This document shows, piece after piece, positions 26,395 through 37,601 of a stretch of DNA of 64,000 nt. The stretch is from Octopus vulgaris. Taxonomy: Eukaryota. Under the pieces are notes generated by a model. The model was not told where the DNA came from. It did no database searches and saw only the letters and a list, made by a program, of their open reading frames with translations. A program made the translations under genes and the position numbers. The stretch lies in NCBI GenBank assembly GCA_951406725.2, contig OX597842.1:15934001-15998000 (forward strand), given 5' to 3'. Within the stretch, counting starts at the first letter, position 1. Every line of letters begins with the position of its first letter.

Positions 26395-28270
26395 GTCAAT
26401 TACTCCCTATACGTGGGCAGCAGCGCCACCTTGTCCGACTACAGAATAGTGGTAGAATGTGAGGCCACTTCTTCTTTGGTGTGCAAAACTCACTTCCACC
26501 CTGCTGTACTTCTTTCCTCTCATCACAAATGTCGCTTGTTTTCATAATGGCTGCCAAACCTTCTCCAATATCGTCTTCCGTTAATATTGCTATTTTGTTG
26601 GTTGCAACCGCTTGTGTGCGGTGCACCACCGTTCTATTACTCTTCTCGTTCACTCTTTCTTCCGGAGGGACCAGCTTGATTGTGTCTTCCTCTCTCTCTG
26701 CACAAACGTTTTGCTACTTATAGTATTGTCCATCTTTATTTTCATCTGCTTTGCTTCCAGCGACGCAGCTGCTTCCACTGAAGTGGTTTTCGCATAGTTT
26801 TCCATGATGAAAAGCTAATATTTTCACACCCAAAATAGAGAGAAAATAGCAAAAAACAACAACTCCAAACAAAATCACGCACGATCGCTTCAACAACAAA
26901 TTTTAACAGTAAAAATAACAATATACTCAACAGTCTCAAAAAAGTCAACCTTTCTCAATCACACCGTGGTCACAATTGACTAACTCGAGCAAATTTCATC
27001 ACCAACTGACCTCATTTTTTGTTACCCATACAGGCTACATAAAAGTGCCTTACAATTCAAAAAGACAATACAAAACAAACACGGGGAACTAAAAATTACA
27101 AAAACGAAATTGAGTAAAGAAGAAAAAGAAAAGAAACGAATGAAATTATGAAAGAATGATAAAAATGGAGCGCAATGACCACTCGAACTTGAAGTCGAGT
27201 GATTACATTTTTTTTTTTACGGTTTTTCCCAATTTTTTGACCAAAATGTTCACATCCCCGTCATCTTTTTTTTTTATACTATTTATATCACCATTCTTGT
27301 TAGTTCTTAATACTCCCTGCAGATGGCGGAGCATCACGCAACTATATCCTGTCCACCATACTTACCGATCCACCGAATGTATCCACAAATCTATCAAACC
27401 TTTCGTCTTGCACCACAGTTCCTCTATCATGTCCGCCAAACTCCTCTCTCGATAACTTCGCCCTCATGGCATTAGCTCTATATCTTCAATTGTGGCACAA
27501 AACTACATCCTGACCCCGAATCCCCACCAGTTTAACATTTTTCTGTCTCCTATCAGTCCCAGTTCCGGATTGACTTCAGTGGCAGCCAGAATAGTTTCCA
27601 CCAACCACTCTATTTTGATTTCCGGTGGCACTCACTCTACTCTGATTCGAACACTGCGCCTTCCCCTATACGCGGGTAACAGTGCTACATTGCTCGACCT
27701 AAAAATGGTGGTGGAATGTGAGGCCGCCTCTTCTTTGGTAGCAAACTTCGTCTCCTTGGTGCCGTATCTTCTTCCTCTGCTAATAAAAGTAGCCTTGTTC
27801 GTTATGTTTCCTAGTCACTCCTCAATATCTTCCTCTGACAATTTTTCTATCTTGCTGGTGACGACCGCTTCTGTGCGATACTCTACCGTCCTGTCACTCT
27901 TATCTTTCACTGTCTCCTGCGGAGGGCCCAGCTTGATAGTGTCTCCTTCCTTCTGCACAAGTTGTTCACTTTTTAAAATTTGTTCCATGTCACCTTTTAT
28001 TTGCCTTGCTTCTAACAGAATAGCTCTTTTCGCCGCAGCCGTCTTTGCATAGCTTTCTATGCTGGAAAAGCTAAGTTATGTTTTCTCACCCACAATGGAG
28101 AGAAAAAGAGCAAAAAACAATAATAGTAGCAAATACCAAATACGCGTAGGTCGCTTCAACAATAATAAATCCAACACTAATATCAACAGGAAGTCTTGAA
28201 AACACAAAACTTCCTCTATCGTACTGTGGTCAAAGATGACTAATTCAAACAACTCTCATCCGCCGGCTGA
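26395..28270 (-). mobile_element. Two minus-strand copies (about 26395-27015 and 27440-28270) of a related ORF1-like 5' region
   Basis: Mutually similar; PAYRGRR..VPPEI..WLV..NWWGFG parallels 25070-25240. Confidence 0.5.
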
Positions 28271-28824
28271 CCTCTGCCACGCGTTCCATCACTCATTTGA
28301 ATTGTCCGCCTCTCAGTAAAAGCGTACAAAAGAACGTTTAACATGCTTTAAATCAGCCGCACGATCCACGAACATTATTTCTCATTAGATTGACTTATAG
28401 ATCCGTCGCTGGTTTTCTACAGTAGAACTAGAGAACAGTATTTCGATTAGTACCATTTAGAATTATATTTATCAGAATATGTTTCCATTTTATACTCTCC
28501 TTCATAACAACAATACTTGCAACACGTTATGCTAACAGTTTTCCTACTCGCCGTTCCCTGAATATTTCCATAATGAGTGTTGATGTAATAAACTAGCATC
28601 ATCAAAGTTCAGATATTGTAAATTATAGATTCCATTTCAGTCAGCATGTACAATGGACCAGTCTATCTGACTTCACAGCAGTTAACATATTTGCCCTTTT
28701 TACTCCAACATAAGATCACGTTTTAAAGCTGAGATCAAAAACATAATGTATTAGTTAAGAACATAACCAACGGGAATTTAAAGCATTGAATGTGGAAACT
28801 ATATAGAAATGGTCTAATACTTAC

Positions 28825-29006
28825 AAATATTCAACATTCGGTGGAATGGGTTGCGGGATCGAAGTGAGTTGCCGAGATGAACAATCTATATTTGTCTCAG
28901 AATTTCGACAGCTACATATTGAGCAAATGTCTGATGCAGCATGAGACTCCAAAGAGAAACTCATAGAGAGTATCAACACAAACGTCAATTTCAATTGTTG
29001 GAACAT
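28825..29006 (-). CDS. First coding exon of LRR gene: signal peptide + LRRNT cap
   Basis: MFQQLKLTFVLILSMSFSLESHA-ASDICSICSCRNSETNIDCSSRQLTSIPQPIPPNVEYL; acceptor ttttacag at 29027, donor gtaagt at 28824, phase 2 matching the LRR exons. Confidence 0.92.
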
Positions 29007-29276
29007 ATTTTCAGGCGTTGATTAATCTGTAAAAGAAGAAAATACAAAATACCAGAAACTTCAATGTCAATTCTTTCCCATTGCAAATTCTTCGTAGGAC
29101 AAGATTTGGCCCCTGTTCCATGAGATGACTTTATCTTTGATTTCACTTTCAGTTTAATATTTAAACTTACGAAACTGAATTCAATGATAATTCAATGTGG
29201 TGAACATAAATCATTGAGAGATAACGTCGAAGATAAACTGAACATCAGTCGCCCCTGCATACACATGCACACACAA

Positions 29277-29313
<37 letters not shown>

Positions 29314-29879
29314 TACACACACTATTATATGTGTGTGAGTGCATGTGCATGTGTTTGATGTTCTTTCGGTTTTCTTTGTTTTCCTTTCCATCAACATTTC
29401 GTCTCTCTTCAGATTCCATGGAGATATTTTGTGGAGGTGCAACACCTAATAACTCCCTATCAATAGCCTCACACTCACCTTTCTACCCCCAATTAAAGGA
29501 AACCGAAGCGACCTCTGTTGATAACACCACAACCACAACGACGCCATGAACGGTTGAGGGCCCCTACGCCACAATATCGGCGCCAGAATTGTTTGCTCAG
29601 TGCTTCCACGGAAGAGCAAGCTCTTCCCAACTTGCCTGCTACCCAAACCAACAACAACGACGCCACGAACGGCTGAGGACCCCAACATCTCAACATCGGC
29701 ACTGGAAATGTTTGCTCTCTGCTTCCTCGGAAGAGCAAGCTCTTCCCAATTTTGCCTGCTCTCCAAACAAACAACAATGCACTAATTTATTTTTCGACCA
29801 AACCTCATCATCTAACACTGATTCCTTGGTTGTGGTGATGGTGGTGATGATGGTGGTGGTGGTCGTCGTCGTGGTTGTC

Positions 29880-30330
29880 GTAGTGGTACTGGACGTGAAT
29901 AACAACGGGATTAGCGCCTTCAGAATAGTGACTGTTTATACCCTGACAGGGGATGGAAGGACAGATTTCTTTAGAGGTCAATAGAATTTGACGGACGGAA
30001 GGACTGTGTAAAGCCAGCACATTTCAAGGGAGGTGTGAAGTCACGAAAACCTTAGAAATTTCCAGCAGTCTGACAGGTATCGACTGGATTACCCTCTGCG
30101 TGTCGGCCTAGGCATGCTCTGGCTGTTGGTGCTCAGACACGCGTTGAGGTTGCGACACCTGCAACGATTTCTTGACGGAGAAAGTGTGTCAGCACCGTTT
30201 GTGAGGCACGTTTTCCCACAGTTCGTTTCCTTGGCAGGGTTGCGGTCCTGGGGGAAGGAAAGCCCTAAATTCTCTGCCGGGCACCTAAAGTGTCGTCAGA
30301 TGTACACAGCCCTCAACTAGTCGAAAACGC
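29880..30330 (+). mobile_element. Tx1-like LINE endonuclease/RT scraps
   Basis: VLDVNNNGISAFRIVTVY and LRHALRLRHLQRFLD, homologous to 8840-8900 and 23520-23580. Confidence 0.65.
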
Positions 30331-30469
30331 ATTTGTTGAGTGTCCGAGCATGATAATGAAGAAAGGACCACCAACGGCTGGCATCACTGTAATGATTGAG
30401 TTGGTTATGTTCCACTGTGATTGACACATGGGAAAACCTTTTTTGTCTTCAGGGATGTCTCAAAAGATA

Positions 30470-31320
30470 ATGAAGTGTCAGACAATCGACAAATAACATA
30501 TTTACCAATCATGTGGGAACTATAGACATTTTTAGATTATGAAAGATTTTATCAGATGACAAGAAGGGATGTAAATGTAGGTCAAGTGGGATAACCTATC
30601 AGGTTTTGATAGTCAATATGATATTAAGGAACTGCAGAAGAAAGTTAACGGGACTAGGAATAGCCTGCCTAGATTACAAAAAGACCTATGATATGGTGTC
30701 TCACAGCTGGATAGGGAAATACATGGGGTTACTTGGAGTGGCAGTAAGTGTACAAAAACTGTTAAAAAGAAATATGACAGCCTGGAAACCGGAGTTAACA
30801 TCTGCGGGAAGGTCATTTGATACAGGGAAAATCTGAAGAGGGATATTTCATGAATATAATTTCTCACCACTCTTGTTTGTGCTGATACTAATACCTCTGT
30901 CGATGGTTTTGAGAAATGGTAAATTTGGATATAATTTTGGAAATGGAGTGGAAGAGGTTAACCACCTACAATACATGGACGATGAAAAGCTTTAGAGGAA
31001 AAATGAAGATGGACTTGGCACATTTGTGAACACAGTAAGCATTTTCGTTAATAACATTCGCATGGAATTTGGTATGCAGAAATGTATTATTTGATATAGA
31101 AGAGTTGGTGAGATAAAATGGAATCAAAGACTTAAAGTTAAATAATCAGTCAAAGTTTAGGCGAAGTGAGCGATAAAGGTATCTGGGAAGTTTGGAATCA
31201 GATATCAACAACAGAAGCGAAATGAAAGAAACCATTTCGAAGGAGTACTGGAAGAACAGGTTGATACTGAAATTTAAGTTAAATTCTAGAAAAATTGTAA
31301 AAGTAATGAATTCAAGGGGG
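30470..31320 (+). mobile_element. Degenerate R4/Dong-like RT fragment
   Basis: LDYKKTYDMVSHSWI, SPLLFVLILIPLS, NHLQYMDD. Confidence 0.75.
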
Positions 31321-31369
31321 ACAATCACAGACACACAAACATGCATGCACATACATATATATACATATA

Positions 31370-31535
31370 TACGACAGGCTTCTTTCAGTTTCCGTCTACC
31401 AAATCCACTCACAAGGCTTTGGTCGGCCCGAGGCTATAGTAGAAAACACATGCCCAAGGTGCCACGCAGTGGGACTGAACCCCGAACCATGTGGTTGGTA
31501 AGCAAGCTACTTACCACACAGCCACTCCTGCGCCT
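31370..31535 (-). mobile_element. tRNA-derived (CORE-like) SINE
   Basis: Reverse complement GGCGCAGGAGTGGCTGTGTGGTAAG..GGTTCAGTCCC..GGCACCTTGGGC; same family at 59010. Confidence 0.75.
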
Positions 31536-31556
31536 ATATGCATATGTTTTATTTAG

Positions 31557-31614
<58 letters not shown>

Positions 31615-31759
31615 GCATATATCGTTGTATATATACATCTATATATATACAGTTATATATATATATATATATGTATGTGTAAATATATATTTATATATAA
31701 GAATATATATTTGCATATATATTTTTACGTATGTATTTTCTCTTTGCTTGTTTCAGCTT

Positions 31760-32200
31760 AGAGCTGCGGCCATGCTGATGCACCGCCGTTTTGTGCTACA
31801 CTGTTATTACGAAGAGCCTCCTCTAATATGTGGCACCTGGTGAAGAATGGAGTTTGATATAGCTACTCTCATTTGCACCTCTTTCCGTGAGGTAGGTTCA
31901 TCTGGGACTCTCGGCAGGAAGATATCCAGCTTTGATTTAAAAACTGCTACATCTACTTTGTGCAAGTTCCTCAGACTCTTTGGGAGAATATTAAAAAGCT
32001 GTGGGCCCCTGAAACCCAGGCTGTTGCAGAAGCTGGTCCTGAAGCGTGATGACATTGCTGGGATCTTTGGCACTATGCAGTGTCGTCCCCTTCTAGCATT
32101 GGTGTAGCTTACAATGCCAAACTTTGGCACAATTCCTTCCAAGATCTTCCAGACATATATTACTGCATACCGCTCCCGTCTTCTCTCTAGGGAGTAGAGC
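31760..32200 (-). mobile_element. CR1-clade LINE 3' end
   Basis: [49 protein letters not shown]. Confidence 0.75.
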
Positions 32201-32252
32201 CTTATATATATTTATGTATATATATGTATAGCCATATATATATATGAGTATG

Positions 32253-32326
<74 letters not shown>

Positions 32327-32376
32327 TATAGGAAAGAATGGAGCTGAACGAAGATTTAACAAAATTCCTTTATTTT

Positions 32377-32462
32377 ATTTTCGACATATGTTTCGAAGTC
32401 TGCAAAGTCCCTAATTCCGAATGAATAAGGAGTCCATTATGCAGCTTTCTCTTCAGGAAAAT
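32377..32462 (-). ncRNA. Minimal type I hammerhead ribozyme
   Basis: ATTTTC-CTGAAGA-GAAAGCTGCA...TGCAGACTTC-GAAA-CATAT-GTC-GAAAAT. Confidence 0.8.
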
Positions 32463-32819
32463 CCAGGAACTTAATTCTCCAGCAAAATGCACAACAAGTT
32501 TTTCGATGACTGCTCACGAGGAACCCATAAAGATAATGATAAATAATGTCTATTTATAGGGGGTGACGCGGGATTGGTTGAAAGTAGGAGAAATTGTCCG
32601 TTTAAAAAGTTCAAGGGTTGAATCAAGGTAGGAGAAGGAAGGAATAGGACAATTAAAGTGAGGGAATGTATTCTGTATGACTGGTGTTTATATTTGATTT
32701 ATTTCATGAATGAGTGCTCGTATGTATGAGTGTGTAAAATTGCCTTAATGTGTGTGTGTGTGCATCTTTGAATGCGTGAATGTGTGTGTGGAAGGCAGAG
32801 AGAAAGAGATAGCAAGAAT

Positions 32820-35015
32820 TACCGGTCAAGAACTGACGGATTATAGCTATAGTTTTTTTAACAGACAGCAGTATATTCCTTCATGCACAGAAAGGATGTA
32901 AACGTGGATCCTGCGGTTGTAAAGATCAACTACTCATCAATAAGAGGATCTTAGAAGATTGTCACAAACGACACAGAAACTTACCAATAGCCTGGATAGA
33001 CTGTAAAAAGGCTTTTGATAGCCTATCACATAGCTGGATTAAGAAATGCCTGGAAATGTATAAAATAGTACCTACTCTGCGAAACTTTTTGTCTGTAAGT
33101 ATGAAATCATGGAGAACCTCACTAACTTTGAACAGTGACAATGAATCTCTAAATGCTGGTGATGTAAAAATTTCATGTGGCATTTTCCACGGTGACTCAC
33201 TATCACCACTCTTCTTTTGTTTAGCCTTAATACCTCTCTCAAAATTGCTCAATGATGCGCAGTACGGATATAAAATGTTTGATAAAAGTATAAATCACCT
33301 CATTTACATGGATGATTTAAAGCTCTTTGCAAAAAATGACCAACAACTCAAGGGCTTACTAGCGATTGTTAAACAATTCAGTGATGATATCAGAATGCAA
33401 TTTGGCCTCGAAAAATGTGCAAAAGCTACCTTTATCAAAGGAAAAATGACAGAAACATCTAACGTTAACCTTGACCAGCAGAATGTCATAAAAGAATTAG
33501 ACCCAGCGGAGAGCTACAAGTACCTAGGGGTAATTGAAGGTGACGGAATAAGGCATTCAGTGATGAAGGAAAGGATCAGGAGAGAATGTTATCGCAGAGT
33601 AAGAGCAATACTCAAGACAGAGCTGAATGCGAGAAACAGGATCGAAGCGATCAATGCTTTAGCCATACCAGTCGTGACTTACAGTTAACTGGTCAATTAC
33701 TGAAATATGTAATCTTGACAGAAAAATACGAAAACTGTTGACAATGCATAGAATGCATCACCCTAAGGCAGATACAGAACGACTTTATCTGCCAAGAAAA
33801 AAGAGAGGCCGTGGACTTATACAACTGGCAATAAAAATGAAGATTGCTACGATTGGCCTAGACACCTACCTGAAACACTCTGAAACATGAAAACAAGAAA
33901 GCATCATACTCAGTAACAAAACAGGCAAAGGAATATCTAAGTGAATTCAGAATACAACACATTTCGGAATTAGACATACAAGAAACAAGCACAGAAAAAG
34001 CTAAGCGCATGAAAACCCGTGCCAAAACTGCGGCCTTAGGTATTCTGAATGATAAATGGCAAGAAAAACCTCTCTATGGCAAATACCCAAAGAGAGCGAA
34101 TAATGCAGATGTTGACAAAGCCCTGACCCATCAATGGCTAATGGCCTCTGGCTTAAAATCTGAAACAGAAGGGCTTATCATAGCAGCTCAAGATCAATGC
34201 CTACCAACAAGAAAGTACCGGGCCAACATATTAAAGAACGGCAGTAGCACAACATGTCGTGTATGTCAACAACGAAATGAAACCATTGATCATGTTGTCT
34301 CAAAGTGCAGTCTTTTAGCGCCTACAGAGTATCTCAACAGGCATGATAGAGCTGCATAATATATTCACTGGGTAAATTGCAAAAACATGAAAAAGAACTG
34401 GTGGGAACACAAACCACCCCCAGTGCTTGAAAATGACAACATCTCACTCCTCTGGAACTTCGCGATTCAAACTGATAGAAAGATAGATGCAAATAGGCCA
34501 GACATCATATTGAAAGACTCCAAACAAAGAACATGCCTCCTTATTGATATGACTGTCCCAATCGATATAAACATATCTGTCAAGACCTACCAAAAACTGA
34601 GCAAATATAAAGATCTTGAAATAGAAATCAGCAAAATGTGGAGCCTGAAAACTAAAGCAATACCTGTTGTCATAGGTGCCCTGGGAATGATAGCGAAAGG
34701 GGCTGATTGCTACCTAACTCAGATACCAGGAAACCCCAAAATGGCAGAAATTCAAAAGATAGTGCCCATGGAAACTGGTCATATCCTACGCAAAATACTT
34801 TCTATGTAATCTCAGGGTTTAAAACATACATAATTTTCGTTTATTTTTTGGAAATTCACTAGTACAACACTAAATAAAACCCCAAATATATGGCACACTA
34901 GGCATTACAACAACATGAACTTCCAACCTGCTGTCTCTTGAGGTCTCTGGGTGAGACTTGGAGCCAACTTGTACAAATATAAAGCAAAAGTCAAACATAG
35001 AATAATAATAATAAT
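32820..35015 (+). mobile_element. 5'-truncated R4/Dong-like LINE (RT, CCHC, REL endonuclease, (TAA)n tail)
   Basis: WIDCKKAFDS, GIFHGDSLSPL, HLIYMDDLKL, CRVC..ETIDHVVSKC..RHD, RPDIIL..IDMTVP..KYKDL; few frameshifts. Confidence 0.92.
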
Positions 35016-35426
35016 CTTAATAATAACTGGGTATATTGGGCTTCGTATAGTTTACCCGTATATTTTACCCGTGTCACTTTGTTGGCATGCACTGCTCTCT
35101 TACTCAATCGTAATAATAATCCTTTCTTGTTTAAGCACAAGGCCTGAAATTTAAGGGGGCGGGAATAGTGGATTACATTGACCCCAGTACCCAACTATTA
35201 CTTAATTTAACGGAGCCGAAAGGGTGAAAGACAACGTCGACATCGTTGAAAGTAATAATAATAATAATGATAATGATAATCCTTTGTACTAAAGGTACAA
35301 AGCCTGAAATTTCGGGGCTGGGGATATATTAATCAATCAATCGTAATGCAAGGCATCTATTTTCATTGCTACATCAAAATTGTGACATATGAAAAGAACC
35401 TAGTGAGAAAAAAATTAGAGACTTAC

Positions 35427-35500
35427 CTGAGAAGAAAGGCAATATTCGGCTGGTCATTTTCTAAAAATATTGATCTGATGGTTAGTTTCGCTACTTTAAT
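35427..35500 (-). other. Candidate non-coding first exon of the LRR gene
   Basis: Perfect CAG|GTAAGT donor at 35426 in unique sequence; the ATG exon has an acceptor, so an upstream exon is needed; 5' boundary unknown. Confidence 0.35.
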
Positions 35501-35530
35501 AAAAAATTAGAAATTAAAGTAATGCATTGA

Positions 35531-35571
<41 letters not shown>

Positions 35572-36399
35572 TACATATACATATATATGTATATATGTAT
35601 ATGTATATATGTATAAATATATGATCAATATATATATGTATTCATGTACGTTTGTATGCATGCATGAATGTATATATGTATTATGCATGCATGAATGTAT
35701 GTATGTAGGTATGACCATATACCTAAATGCATGTGCTGGGTATAAACACAAACTGTATCCATTAGTGGGGTCTTTTGTTCGGGAGTTCCAGAATTTGTGG
35801 AATTTGGAAGTCATCTCGTAGCCTCTATTGTTTTCTCTGGTCCTGAGTAGTTGCAAACGTCAGCGTCCACATACAAGGTAACTAATATATTAGATAACAA
35901 ATTATCTAAGCGCGGTGATGCAGAAATAACCTTGCATGGTGTCACGGCATGCAGTAAAACCAGTAAAAATGACGGATCCCTAGGTTGCATCAGAGGTGCC
36001 TACTGAAGGAAAACCTGCTGTTTGACCTGATTAAAATTTCTCTCTCTTCGGTCTGCCACTAGGTTCTAGTCACAGAGACTCAGAGTGGTACTGAGACTCA
36101 GAGAGGTACTGATATTCTACAGGGGCCTCTCACTATAATTAAATGATGCACAATTATCTCTTTAAGATGACTACATTCGGCATTTCATATGCTAAAGTTC
36201 CTACGGTGATGGAAGAATGAACGCGAACGGTAGACTACAACAACTTTCGTCTCTCACCTACGCTTCAAAGAAGACAGATCGGCAGAGAGACTAAATATCA
36301 ACTGAGGGGTCATGAATGGAAACACAGAAATGCCACTGACAAACAGGAAGCAAAAGGAAACGGCAACCATCTGCCAAGATGGAGCAGTCATCTTATGTG

Positions 36400-36441
<42 letters not shown>

Positions 36442-36537
36442 TAAGTTTATGTAAGCTCACCGTGTTTTGTCAATTATAAATCGTCCATATAAATATATGC
36501 CCTCGACGGAAAAAGGTAGTGTTTGCCGTACAAATAT

Positions 36538-36601
<64 letters not shown>

Positions 36602-36605
<4 letters not shown>

Positions 36606-36704
36606 AGCTTCTACAGGACTAGAACTGTTTCATTCAAAAGAAATCATCAGAAATCCTGATGATTTCTTTTGAATGAAACAGTTCTAGTCCTGTAGAAGCT
36701 CCTT
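36602..36704. repeat. Perfect ~49-bp-arm palindrome with hammerhead-like core, between (TA)n tracts
   Basis: aaggagcttctacagg...aaatcatcag / ctgatgatttc...gaagctcctt; contains CTGATGA..GAAAC..GTC. Confidence 0.85.
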
Positions 36705-36782
36705 CTATATAATAAATTAATTTACTCTGCTATGTATTGAGTACCTTATTTACTGTGGTTAACCCCGACTCAACCCGGGACC

Positions 36783-36925
<143 letters not shown>

Positions 36926-37074
36926 GTATGTATGTATATATATATAAATATATATACATATATATATATATGTATGTAGGTATATATATATATATATATA
37001 TACATACATACAGTCATACATATATACATACATTATATATATATATATACATACATACATATATATATATATAT

Positions 37075-37565
37075 TTGTTGTGCAAGATTTTTTATGTGAA
37101 GTCGTGTGTTGAAACTGATATTGTTATATTTCGGAATGGTCATTTTTCCAGTTTAGCCAATAAAAACACACGCACTATATATTTGGTGTTATTTTGCTTC
37201 AGTGTTATTTATTTTTTACGTAAATCTTAATGTTATTTCGGCGAGAGTTCTTTCGTCACACTCCTGTGAACGCATCAGTGGTCCTTTGTTTTCTTCTTTC
37301 TTATTTGTGTCTCTCCTTACTAACCGTCAGCCATTTTGTATTTCTATTGTATGTCTTCATTTGCGCATGCTTATATCTCTATGTGCGTCTATGTTTATTT
37401 AGTATGTGTGCGGGGGATGCCTGCAATATTTGTATCTTCTGTTTATATACGTTCATGTAATTTGTTTTTGTTGTTGTTTTTATTTATTCTTATTTTGTTC
37501 ATGTATTTACATCCACTTATTATTATCATTACATATGCTTGTATGTATGTATAACAACAATACTA

Positions 37566-37601
<36 letters not shown>

